DNA of 58,880 nucleotides, from positions 1-58,880 of the forward strand of contig CAZMCN010000001.1 of NCBI GenBank assembly GCA_964564845.1, in the 5' to 3' direction. Each line of letters starts with the position of its first letter. Positions within the stretch are counted from its first letter, which is position 1. This document shows positions 9,001 through 16,530 of the stretch, piece by piece. The translations under genes were made by a program, and so were the position numbers. A model generated the notes under the pieces. The model was not told where the DNA came from and ran no database searches. It saw nothing but the letters and a program-made list of their open reading frames with translations. This stretch comes from an uncultured Pirellulales bacterium (GTDB lineage: Bacteria > Planctomycetota > Phycisphaerae > Sedimentisphaerales > Anaerobacaceae).

Positions 9001-9989
9001 ACATACAGGGTTGGTTGCCCCCCTATTGCATAGGGGCCGGAGGTTACGAACTGCAGATACGCCGCACCAACACCGGCAAGCCCGAAGTTTGCAAAAAGTG
9101 TCGTCGTGCCGTCCGGTGCAATCTTATGGATTGTCCCTGTTGCCACGTTTCCTGCGTACAGGTCGCTGCCGAAAACCGGATCGCCGGGACCAAAGGCGAG
9201 ACCCTCCAGCCCTGGCTGAAGCACCGCCAGAGGCGGATTAGCCCCCCCCCCTGGCGTGACGGAGAAGACCGCTCCGTTTACGCAGGAGGAAACCCACAAG
9301 CGATTGGCGCCATACGGGCTTACACCAGCTCTATTGTCGAACGTGAAGTACCGCGGATCGGTGTTAGGTAATGCCGCAAAAGGAACCACACCGCCACCAG
9401 GAAGAATCTGCATTATTCCATCGCTGCCGTCGTTACCCCAGTCGCTAATGTGCAGAAATCCGCCATAAGCAAAGCCTGGCGTGCGGTCAAACTCCACACA
9501 GGCTATGCCTGGAAAAGCGCCTGGATTAACCCATGGCCCCCACGCGCCGCCAGGGTTGACCCAATTAAGGTTTGTCATGATGGCGCTAGCAACCTCGCCG
9601 ACAAACATTCCGAACGGGTAACCGCCCTGGGTCGGGTAGGGTAAGTCTGCAGTCGCCCCGTCGATATCAATCCCGGAAGCACCGCCCCCAAAAAGGCCGA
9701 ACGGTTGTGTGTAGGGAATGACTAGGCCCGCTGGTGTCACCTGTACCACACCAGCACCTCCTAACTCCGAGACATACATCATCCCCCCATATGCTCCACC
9801 TGGAATATCTATCCGGCTGAACTTTGGGGCATTGATTGGCTGAGCACCGGCTGCTGCTCCTGCAAATGGAAAAACATTTAGGCCTGATTGATAAACAACA
9901 GGCTGAGCCTTTACAACAGTTGCTGTAAGCAAAAAAGTCAACGTAGAAACAAAACAAACAATTAACATTTTCAACTTTACTGTTCTCAT
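6021..9989 (-). CDS. Secreted 1322-aa protein: signal peptide, G/P-rich propeller-like N-terminal region, three copies of an unassigned Trp-rich module, dockerin-like C-terminus
   Basis: This is a long uninterrupted ORF. The signal peptide is MRTVKLKMLIVCFVSTLTFLLTATVVKAQP and the SD AGAGGA lies 8 nt upstream. An internal 3-fold repeat is described in the findings. No family name could be assigned by eye. Confidence 0.85.
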   Translation of the reverse strand: MRTVKLKMLIVCFVSTLTFLLTATVVKAQPVVYQSGLNVFPFAGAAAGAQPINAPKFSRIDIPGGAYGGMMYVSELGGAGVVQVTPAGLVIPYTQPFGLFGGGASGIDIDGATADLPYPTQGGYPFGMFVGEVASAIMTNLNWVNPGGAWGPWVNPGAFPGIACVEFDRTPGFAYGGFLHISDWGNDGSDGIMQILPGGGVVPFAALPNTDPRYFTFDNRAGVSPYGANRLWVSSCVNGAVFSVTPGGGANPPLAVLQPGLEGLAFGPGDPVFGSDLYAGNVATGTIHKIAPDGTTTLFANFGLAGVGAAYLQFVTSGPYAIGGQPTLYVDDGVTSIWAITSTSISETTKWVQMPDETKNGIDIRCDDSDGFQRVLADDFKCISTGLITDVHFWGSWKNDIKGNIIKIHLSIHSDIPAEQSPTGYSMPNESPLWEKDFFAGDFNETFHSELTDPNFEWWWDPYEGQLLQYGDRQIYRYDIFIDPVDAFMQQGDPCNPVTYWLDISVSVDPCMPPQPEFGWKTSYMHWNDDAVYLEAEWFELRYPDNHPYHPNSIDMAFMITTEPPEPPKQPVPNLKWSQPPIPIEPCAEVPTYWGWDEPAYLEWLEEIPAMMGSAADGGRIAPLQVGGGKGYWDLFCVNLTPNGLYWNQVNGGNGLLSDPLVQPDPAGGPPVIDNATALGGVAWGWGGLDWGNGTLETNIGVHSIQHISAVSTPYFLSVVLDTNTSPNFDRNYPSWGLINNIVVSPWTGTGWGAPVAPQWILSPLDPDMGTVVTLQPGPATDIKLANNQWGFPENFQQPQGIWGAGAQLTSALGYKVDFTTDPVDTWDSYDSGPVTSPKSKWNMVADDWHCLGSMPVTSIHWWGSYTNWECPGGQGDMPPVLPVAWRFGFWSNVPAGLPPEPNYSHPETLLHAFTVPAARVEVEEVGCDYYCTQYPSDVCYQYYVDLDPCEVFWQDDFNDMTQDDIYWLSITAIYPNDVSVYYPWGWKTRPWSWNDDAVRFVLHEEPVAGLKVDPCDITPIKDPLWNESFDVAFELDTDPNYIKWEQPFTDIHHWPHYEDVNSMNDKGDPNIIVADDWRCERRTPVTAAVWWGSYIGYHYKAGCTGPWMPLPVSPDRFELKIWTDVATDDPDNTYPYSHPGEVIWQYDAFEYDEVLVGYDKHPHGAPNEPVFRYSVRIPDANWFRQPDYNRVFWLSVQAIYETNDPLYPWGWTNHKHTFNDDAVSGYTEPASGEWVWEELHDQTGKSADMSFILFTDPNVCSTCANYNTDWIINCIDYADFADDWLWVGPAGGYNNSDLNCDGIVSNKDLKIFALQWLTFCP
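6024..6188 (-). other. Dockerin-like (two EF-hand-like segments) C-terminal tail of the 1322-aa protein
   Basis: The tail reads DWIINCIDYADFADDWL ... DLNCDGIVSNKDLKIFALQWL. The same D-x-[ND]-x-[DS]-G-x-[VI]-[DN]-x2-D[LF]-x3-[AG]-x2-W[LC] pattern closes the proteins at 34855-37353 and 56729-58420. Confidence 0.6.
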
Positions 9990-10096
9990 AATTAAATCCT
10001 CTAAAAAAGTTCTTTGCTAAAGCAAAAATGCTTGCCGATTATATGTTATCCTGCGGCAGTTGGCCGCAAGTGGTCTTCTCGCCTTTCACATTGTCT

Positions 10097-10140
10097 GGGG
10101 GGCCTCAAACGCGAAACAATGCGTTTGTGGAGGAATCCCT
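10097..10140 (-). repeat. Copy 1 of a conserved ~40-nt hairpin/palindrome motif (CAAACGCGAA-NN-AATGCGTT ... GAGGAA), upstream of the 1322-aa gene
   Basis: The plus strand reads GGGGGGCCTCAAACGCGAAACAATGCGTTTGTGGAGGAATCCCT. The internal inverted repeat is CAAACGC/GCGTTTG. A second copy lies at 13706-13746 in the same orientation relative to a minus-strand gene. Confidence 0.4.
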
Positions 10141-10528
10141 GTTTACTCAGAGTATAGAGTCACCATCTCTGGAAGATGTCCTCCTCCGGGAGATACTAAC
10201 ATGCAGGTTTTGCCAAACAAAAGGCTTTCGTAAGGCCGTACACTGCCCCCCCCGAAATAAAAACCGCGATGATAAGGAAAAGCATCTTCACTCACTCCTC
10301 GCTGAGACCAAACTTTATTGTTTGAATAGTTTACAGAGCAGTCGAATTAAAGTCAAGAGAAAAATTATCGGACGGTAACCTTTTTTGATTATCGAAGTAC
10401 AAATCCGGTAAATCCGGTTATATCAGGCAGATATGCTCCTGCAGCTTTTCAGCCCAGCCAGGAAAGTCCCGGCCCTATCTCTATCATCGCAGCTTTACCG
10501 AAAATCGACTTTTTTTCTGCTTTAGCGG

Positions 10529-11365
10529 TTAGCCATAGTACGTACAGCAGGTCCTGTCATTTTCCCAGATTATAATACTGTGCAGCGATGCTTTGCTGAG
10601 GGGTTCTCCCAGCGCATTATTTCGCGTTTTTGGGCGGCTGAACTTACCGGCCAGCTTATCCCACGCCAGAACCGCTATGTTTTCAACCGTAGGATTTGTC
10701 CCGGCAAATTCAGCTACGTCGGCATTTAGGTTCTTATGGTCAACAAGTCTTATAAATTCATCATCAATTGTTTTTTCAAAATCACCTATGCAAAAGCCCT
10801 CGCCTGTCGGCACCTTGACCGTAACTTCAAGAATATAATTATGACCGTGGCCGGCCGGGTTCGCACATTTACCAAAGACCTCAAAATTCCGCTCACGCGT
10901 AAAATCATCGTTCCAGAGCTTGTGCATCGCCGCAAACTCAAATTTCTCACTAAGATAAATCATCTTGTCATCCTCACAGTCAATCGCAACCTTTCTAAAA
11001 GGATTCAGCTTTAAGGTTAATTCACCCAACATCACCTTGCCGAACTTACCCGCCAGTTGTTTCTGTGTCGATTTCAAAAGTTCGGCTATTTCAGAAAATC
11101 CGATATGTCTGCCAAGCCGATAACTTTCTCTTATTCGCTCGGCAAAAATCGGCACCACATATTCCCGAACGCACTTGTCAATATCGACCACATTAACGAC
11201 AAATCCCGTTGTCGGCTCAACCTCTCCGACCACCCCGACACCCAACTCGAAAAAGATTGAAAAACCTTCTCCCGCCGGCCTCGATGAATATGAGTTAAAA
11301 CCCGGACTGTCCTCAGGCAGAAAAGGATTAATCGAAAACCGCACCTGTCTGGTAACTTTATGCAT
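10529..11365 (-). CDS. Tandem-domain 6-pyruvoyl-tetrahydropterin synthase (PTPS/QueD superfamily); the C-terminal domain is catalytic and the N-terminal domain is degenerate
   Basis: The C-terminal half FAAMHKL...FGKCANPAGHGHNYILEVTV...DHKNLN...PTVENIAV closely mirrors animal-type PTPS (GKCNNPNGHGHNY, DHKNLD, TTENVAV). The N-terminal half keeps T-fold-like strands (GFVVNVVDIDK) but lacks the Cys/His triad. Confidence 0.8.
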   Translation of the reverse strand: MHKVTRQVRFSINPFLPEDSPGFNSYSSRPAGEGFSIFFELGVGVVGEVEPTTGFVVNVVDIDKCVREYVVPIFAERIRESYRLGRHIGFSEIAELLKSTQKQLAGKFGKVMLGELTLKLNPFRKVAIDCEDDKMIYLSEKFEFAAMHKLWNDDFTRERNFEVFGKCANPAGHGHNYILEVTVKVPTGEGFCIGDFEKTIDDEFIRLVDHKNLNADVAEFAGTNPTVENIAVLAWDKLAGKFSRPKTRNNALGEPLSKASLHSIIIWENDRTCCTYYG

Positions 11366-11388
11366 AAATAAAAACCATTTCCCACCCG

Positions 11389-11973
11389 CTACTTGCTGGC
11401 GCTATGCATCAAACTCAAAACTTCGCTTCGGCTTTTCGGGTCCTTCTTAAAAATCCCGCGAAGCGCCGATGTCACCATTACCGAACCCGGTTTTTTTATC
11501 CCCCTGATTGTCATACAGCTATGCGCCGCCTCCAGTACAACCGCCACACCCTTGGGGTTTAAACTGTCCATTATGAAATCAGCTATCCGGTCCGTCAGTC
11601 GTTCCTGTACCTGAAGTCGCCGCGCAAAACAATCCACAATACGGGCCAGCTTGCTCACACCAAGCACCACACCACTCGGCAAATATGCAACATGGGCTGT
11701 GCCTATAAACGGCATAAGATGATGCTCACAAATACTGTAAAACGGTATGTCACGCAGAAGAACGATTTCGTTGTAGTTCTCTGCAAAGATGCTGCTGACG
11801 TACTGCTGAGGGTCTTCCCGCATCCCTATCAGAAGTTCGGCGTACATACTTGCCACCCTTCTCGGCGTGTCCCTTAAGCCCTCCCGCTCGGCATCTTCGC
11901 CCACCGCCAGAAGTATTTCCTTAACTGCTTTTTCTATCCTGCTGGTATCTACCGTCTTGCCTTTATGACTCAT
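11389..11973 (-). CDS. folE: GTP cyclohydrolase I
   Basis: Motifs are [19 protein letters not shown] and QVQERLT. Length is 194 aa. Confidence 0.95.
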   Translation of the reverse strand: MSHKGKTVDTSRIEKAVKEILLAVGEDAEREGLRDTPRRVASMYAELLIGMREDPQQYVSSIFAENYNEIVLLRDIPFYSICEHHLMPFIGTAHVAYLPSGVVLGVSKLARIVDCFARRLQVQERLTDRIADFIMDSLNPKGVAVVLEAAHSCMTIRGIKKPGSVMVTSALRGIFKKDPKSRSEVLSLMHSASK

Positions 11974-12060
11974 TTTCTTTCACCTCGTATCTGATATATT
12001 CCAGATAGTCAACACCGTCTGAATGAAAAATTTTTCTTTGCTATGACTGTTTCATAAAGT

Positions 12061-13305
12061 TCAGTATCTGCCGACCAGAGCATCTGAAATAGCCTTACCA
12101 AACATAGTCGCGGCCTCCGGGCCGATACCTGTTATAACAAGACCGTCCCATTCAACGGCATTGCCGGTGTATTGGGCACCGGCCCTTATAAGATTGCCCT
12201 GTTGTGACGGAGCACTTGTAGCTCTGAGCCCCTTGAGCACTCCCGCATTGGCCAGAATTGTTGGGGCAATACAAATCGCCCCAAGAACTTTCCCCTTTTC
12301 TTTCGCCTGGCGGGCAATACTCAGCGCCGTATGGTTATTAAAGTATTGCTTCGCACCGCCACCACCTACAAAAATCACTCCGTCGTAATCGTCCACATTC
12401 AACTCACTCACAAGCACTTCTGCCCTGCCGAGGCCGCCCAGCATACCTCTTACAGCACCTCTTTTTGTGCTTGCTGTAACCGTTTCCACGCCCGCCTGGG
12501 TAAGGACACCTCTGGTCTGGAAAAGCTCCTCATCGCGGAAATTCTCCTGCGCAATAATCAGCACCACTTTTTTGGTTATTCTCTTTTGCAGTTGGGGGAC
12601 CGGCCTCTTTTCCTCGACCGTCTCTTTCGGCGCCTGCACGGCCGGATAACCAACACTAATTATGTAAAGCGGTTCAAGTGCCTTTGGGAGTCTGCAAACC
12701 TTACGCACCTGACTAATATCAAAAGCCCCTATCGGCACAGAGGCCAATCCGAGACCAACCGCCTGAAGATGGATATTCTGAGCGATGTGTCCCGCTTCCA
12801 GCAGCATATACCTTCGGGCTTTCTTATCGTATTTGCGAGCAAGCTTTTTCACTGAACCTGCGATGACAATATCACATCCGGCACCGGCCACCGCCCTCTG
12901 GTTCAATGCCGCCACCGCCAGTTGAGCTCGTATATCCCGATTAAGGACCTCCTCCAAACTGTGCCCTTGGGGACGATAGATAAACAAACCTTCATGCGTG
13001 GCAAAATATAATTCTATCGGATAAAGCGCCCCTGCCGACGGTGCCGTGCGAAAACCTTTCTCTTTTTCTGTTATCCCCTGGCCCGCCCAGGCTAACTGGC
13101 CAATCTGAGAAAGGTCAAGCTGACGCCTCGCAAAGTCACGCACACTTCGACGCTGCGCCACCGCCTGCTCTAAACTGACAGAGCCGGTTAACTTTGGTTC
13201 GGCAAGCTGAATCACTTTAAGCTGCAGCGCGCGGGACCTCTGCTGTGCAACGCATACAACGGCAAAAACACATAATAATATCGCAGGGATTGTAAGACGT
13301 CTCAT
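12061..13305 (-). CDS. Exported fusion protein: SagB-type nitroreductase-fold dehydrogenase domain plus DJ-1/PfpI domain
   Basis: The start is placed at the ATG at 13305 (SD GGAGGA 8 nt upstream). The ORF track start at 13335 would overlap the upstream gene. The signal peptide is MRRLTIPAILLCVFAVVCVAQQ. SagB motifs are RRSVRDF...QLAWAGQG...APSAGALYPIELY...LEAGHIAQNI. The DJ-1/PfpI half is VLIIAQENFRDEE...DYDGVIFVGGGGA...LGAICIAPTILA. Confidence 0.75.
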   Translation of the reverse strand: MRRLTIPAILLCVFAVVCVAQQRSRALQLKVIQLAEPKLTGSVSLEQAVAQRRSVRDFARRQLDLSQIGQLAWAGQGITEKEKGFRTAPSAGALYPIELYFATHEGLFIYRPQGHSLEEVLNRDIRAQLAVAALNQRAVAGAGCDIVIAGSVKKLARKYDKKARRYMLLEAGHIAQNIHLQAVGLGLASVPIGAFDISQVRKVCRLPKALEPLYIISVGYPAVQAPKETVEEKRPVPQLQKRITKKVVLIIAQENFRDEELFQTRGVLTQAGVETVTASTKRGAVRGMLGGLGRAEVLVSELNVDDYDGVIFVGGGGAKQYFNNHTALSIARQAKEKGKVLGAICIAPTILANAGVLKGLRATSAPSQQGNLIRAGAQYTGNAVEWDGLVITGIGPEAATMFGKAISDALVGRY

Positions 13306-13324
13306 TTTTCTAATCCTCCAAAAA

Positions 13325-13672
13325 TTAATCCTCACCGCTTTCGATAGCTGTTACCACTGCTTTTTTTGCATGCTTATGAATCAAATGAAGATTTCGTAAA
13401 TATATGAGAGTATTTAGTGAAAAGCCCAACATAAAAACAGGGTTCTTTATATGAACAGCGTAGCTCAGCAGTATTAAACTGCCAACTAGTGATATATACC
13501 AGAAAGCTATCGGCACATGGGATTTTTTCTTGTACTCACTCACTATCCATTGAAGAATAAATCGTCCGCCGAATATCCCCTGCCCTATCAAAGCTACCGT
13601 CGCCCACACCGGGTCGTTAACTATCTGTTCAGCTATCGCACTTTTAAGAAATTCGATTATTGAATACAACAT
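13325..13672 (-). CDS. Lipid-A-disaccharide-synthase N-terminal-domain (LAB_N) small 3-TM membrane protein
   Basis: The segment GQGIFGGRFILQWIVSEYKKKSHVPIAFWYISLVGSLILLSYA is the typical LAB_N pattern. Length is 115 aa. Confidence 0.75.
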   Translation of the reverse strand: MLYSIIEFLKSAIAEQIVNDPVWATVALIGQGIFGGRFILQWIVSEYKKKSHVPIAFWYISLVGSLILLSYAVHIKNPVFMLGFSLNTLIYLRNLHLIHKHAKKAVVTAIESGED

Positions 13673-13705
13673 AAATTTTCTCCAGTTTTCAATAAAGTAA
13701 CTATT

Positions 13706-13746
13706 GGGGCTCCCAAACGCGAAGTAATGCGTTCGAGGAACCTCTT
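13706..13746 (-). repeat. Copy 2 of the CAAACGCGAA-NN-AATGCGTT hairpin motif, 34-74 nt upstream of the LAB_N start codon
   Basis: The plus strand reads GGGGCTCCCAAACGCGAAGTAATGCGTTCGAGGAACCTCTT. It matches copy 1 at 18/20 positions in the core and also shares the flanking GGGG and AGGAA. Confidence 0.4.
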
Positions 13747-13868
13747 ACATAATAAACCAATCTCTGGTAAAATTAAAGAACAGAGCTTGAAAAATCGACA
13801 TATTACTTGCATTAGTAATCCCGGCACGGATGAAAAGTTTAATTAAATAGCTTATTTAGGCGATTCTA

Positions 13869-14594
13869 ATGGCTGCCGCACGGCGACAAAAGCTGACCAT
13901 TATACTCCTGCTGTTTTACTGGCCTGCCATCTTCATCCTTGCGCACATACCCTTTTCGGGTGTGCCTGAATGGTTTTTTCAGCCTCGAATGTCCGACAAA
14001 GCCATTCATTTCCTCGGCTACCTCATTTTGGTTTTGCTGCTCTGGTTCGCAATCAGTCCCGACAAAAGGGTAAACTGGCGCAGACCCGCTGTATGGTGGG
14101 TGCTTCTCGTGGTCGTTTGGTATGGGGCTGTTGACGAATGGCTGCAGGGATATGTCGGACGAAACTGTGATGTTATGGATTTCTTTGCCGACCTGGCCGG
14201 TGCACTCACCGGCTTAATTTTACTCTCGATTTTTCTCTTTTGGCCTGCATCACTTCTGGTAACATCTGCTGTTATTTTTATCTTAACAAATCTGATTCAG
14301 GCCGCCCCGACCGACCAGCTCAGAGTAATAAATACAGTTTTTCATCTGTTTGCTTACGCCTTTCTTGCTTTGCTGTGGATTCAATATATGAACCGTCTGC
14401 TGACAGTAAAACCGCCACAACCCAAATGGCTCATCGGAGCATTGACGCCTCCGACAGCTTTTCTGCTGGCGACGGAATCTTTTTCAGCGATTGCCGGAAA
14501 CGGTTTCAGTTTAGAGAATATCATCGTCTCGCTGGCGGCAATTGCTCTCGTGGCCGCAGCATTTTATTTCACTGCACCTTTGCGTAAACATTAA
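13869..14594 (+). CDS. VanZ-like integral membrane protein
   Basis: It has multiple TM helices. The segment AVDEWLQGYVGRNCDVMDFFADLAGALTG matches the VanZ family signature (DE..Q......R..d..D...n..G). Confidence 0.7.
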   Translation: MAAARRQKLTIILLLFYWPAIFILAHIPFSGVPEWFFQPRMSDKAIHFLGYLILVLLLWFAISPDKRVNWRRPAVWWVLLVVVWYGAVDEWLQGYVGRNCDVMDFFADLAGALTGLILLSIFLFWPASLLVTSAVIFILTNLIQAAPTDQLRVINTVFHLFAYAFLALLWIQYMNRLLTVKPPQPKWLIGALTPPTAFLLATESFSAIAGNGFSLENIIVSLAAIALVAAAFYFTAPLRKH

Positions 14595-14724
14595 AATTAG
14601 ATTTGCCCCTGGGATTTATTTCAGATACATTAAGCGGTGTTATTAAATATGATAAGCCAAAAAGGCGATAATATATACAACGCTTTTAGCTCTGCCATAG
14701 GTACAAGGATTAATCCAGTAATAA

Positions 14725-15498
14725 ATGAACGACTCCAAAACCAACAATAACAGCTCTCGCTTTTCTAATAGCTCTGCCACAGGTATAAAATTGGCAATTG
14801 TATGCCCAATGGCCAATGAGTCCTCAACCGCCGAGGATTTTGTAACCTCCGTACTGAAGCAATGTCAGAATTTCGGAACTGTAAAGTTTTTCGCCGTCCT
14901 TGATAATTCCTCCACAGACGGCACCTTCGATTTGCTCAAGGACCTGCAACACAGACTGCCGCAGCTTGTTGCCATCTGGGCGCCTGAAAATAAATGTGTC
15001 GTTGACGCTTATGTTCGGGGCTATCGCGAAGCCCTCGATGCAGGATGTGACTGGATACTGGAGATTGATGCAGGCTTTAGTCATCAGCCCTCGCAAATCC
15101 CCCGGTTTTTTGAAAAAATGGCCCAGGGATATGACTGTGTTTTTGGCTGCCGGTTCTGCAAGGGAGGTAAATTCACGGATGCGCCTATCAGCCGCCGCAT
15201 TATTAGTCGATGGGGGAGTGTCTTAGCCAATATTCTGCTTGGCACAGAACTCAAAGATATGACAAGCGGATTTGAAATGTTTACAAATTCTGCTTTACAG
15301 AATGTCCTAGACAAAACAATTCGGTCAAAAGGGCATTTCTTCCAGACCGAAATCAAGGTATATTGTCGAAATATGCGAATAGCTGAGGTGCCGATACATT
15401 ATCGCACCCCAAGCAAAAATGTAAATGCCGCTGTTATGATGGATGCCTTTAGTAATTTATTCCGGTTATTCAAAGAGCGTCTTGCCGGTAAGTTGTGA
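14725..15498 (+). CDS. Glycosyltransferase family 2, polyprenol-phosphate sugar synthase (Dpm1/ArnC-like)
   Basis: Motifs are LAIVCPMANE...VLDNSSTDGT...EIDAGFSHQP...FGCRF...DMTSGFEMF, an architecture typical of GT2 Dpm1-type enzymes. Confidence 0.85.
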   Translation: MNDSKTNNNSSRFSNSSATGIKLAIVCPMANESSTAEDFVTSVLKQCQNFGTVKFFAVLDNSSTDGTFDLLKDLQHRLPQLVAIWAPENKCVVDAYVRGYREALDAGCDWILEIDAGFSHQPSQIPRFFEKMAQGYDCVFGCRFCKGGKFTDAPISRRIISRWGSVLANILLGTELKDMTSGFEMFTNSALQNVLDKTIRSKGHFFQTEIKVYCRNMRIAEVPIHYRTPSKNVNAAVMMDAFSNLFRLFKERLAGKL

Positions 15499-15504
15499 AC
15501 TTTG

Positions 15505-16530
15505 ATGGGATTTTTCTGTTTTATGAAAGACAAAATTTTCATTGTGGTAACCTCAATAGCCGCCCCAAATGACATCCTTCGGGAATTGGCGCGGGGCTGT
15601 GGCAAAAATGACTGTTACTTTATCGTTATAGGCGACAAAGCAAGCCCGGATGATTTTCATATTGAGGGCTGCGATTTTTACAGCCTGCCCAGACAGCTCG
15701 AAACCGGCTTAAAATTCGCTCGGAACTGCCCGGTAAAACACTATGCCCGAAAAAATATTGGCTATCTCCTGGCAATTCAAAATGGCGCATCGATTATTAT
15801 TGAAACCGACGACGACAATATCCCTTACGAACAGTTCTGGGCGCCTCGCCGAAGAACTCTCGCCGCAAAGATAATTGAAAAAGCCGGCTGGGTGAATCTC
15901 TATCGATACTTTAGCGACTACAATATCTGGCCGCGAGGTTTTCCTCTTGAGCATTCTCAACAACTGCCCCCGGGCTTCGATACGCTTAAGCAGGCCGAAA
16001 TTGACTGCCCCATCCAGCAGGGCTTGGCCGACGAAAATCCCGACGTCGATGCCATATATCGCCTGACTATGCCGCTTCCTCAAAGCTTCAGAAAGGACCG
16101 CCGCATTGCACTGGCCGGCGGCTCCTGGTGCCCTTTTAACAGTCAAAACACCACCTGGTGGCCGGATGCCTTCGAACTGCTTTATCTGCCCTCGTATTGC
16201 TCATTTCGAATGACAGATATTTGGCGAAGCTTCATCGCCCAGAGAATTGCCGCTCTTAACGGCTGGGCAATCTTGTTGCACGAACCGACGGTTAAACAGC
16301 GGCGCAACCTGCACAATCTGCTCGGTGACTTCGAGGACGAAATTCCCGGCTATCTGCACAACTGCGAAATCAGAGAAGCTTTAGAAACTTTGGAATTGCT
16401 GCCGGGCAAAGAGAAAATCCCCGACAACCTCAGGATTTGTTACCAGAAGCTGGTTGATATGTCTCTAATCGGCGCCGGAGAATTGCGACTGCTGGATGAC
16501 TGGCTCGACGACATCAGGGCAATGGCGTAA
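15505..16530 (+). CDS. STELLO-like (DUF288) glycosyltransferase-family protein
   Basis: The segment IVVTSIAAPN...FIVIGDKASPDDF...ARKNIGYLLAIQNGASIIIETDDDNIP follows the STELLO/DUF288 pattern. The start is uncertain (TTG 15502, ATG 15505 or ATG 15523). Confidence 0.7.
   Translation: MGFFCFMKDKIFIVVTSIAAPNDILRELARGCGKNDCYFIVIGDKASPDDFHIEGCDFYSLPRQLETGLKFARNCPVKHYARKNIGYLLAIQNGASIIIETDDDNIPYEQFWAPRRRTLAAKIIEKAGWVNLYRYFSDYNIWPRGFPLEHSQQLPPGFDTLKQAEIDCPIQQGLADENPDVDAIYRLTMPLPQSFRKDRRIALAGGSWCPFNSQNTTWWPDAFELLYLPSYCSFRMTDIWRSFIAQRIAALNGWAILLHEPTVKQRRNLHNLLGDFEDEIPGYLHNCEIREALETLELLPGKEKIPDNLRICYQKLVDMSLIGAGELRLLDDWLDDIRAMA

Noticed and set aside
10028-10378. A 116-aa plus-strand ORF in the 540-bp gap between the giant gene and the PTPS gene.
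   Set aside because: It has no SD and no recognisable motif. Its composition is odd, and it spans the hairpin motif and the promoter-like TATAAT of the divergent or minus-strand unit. It was treated as non-coding.
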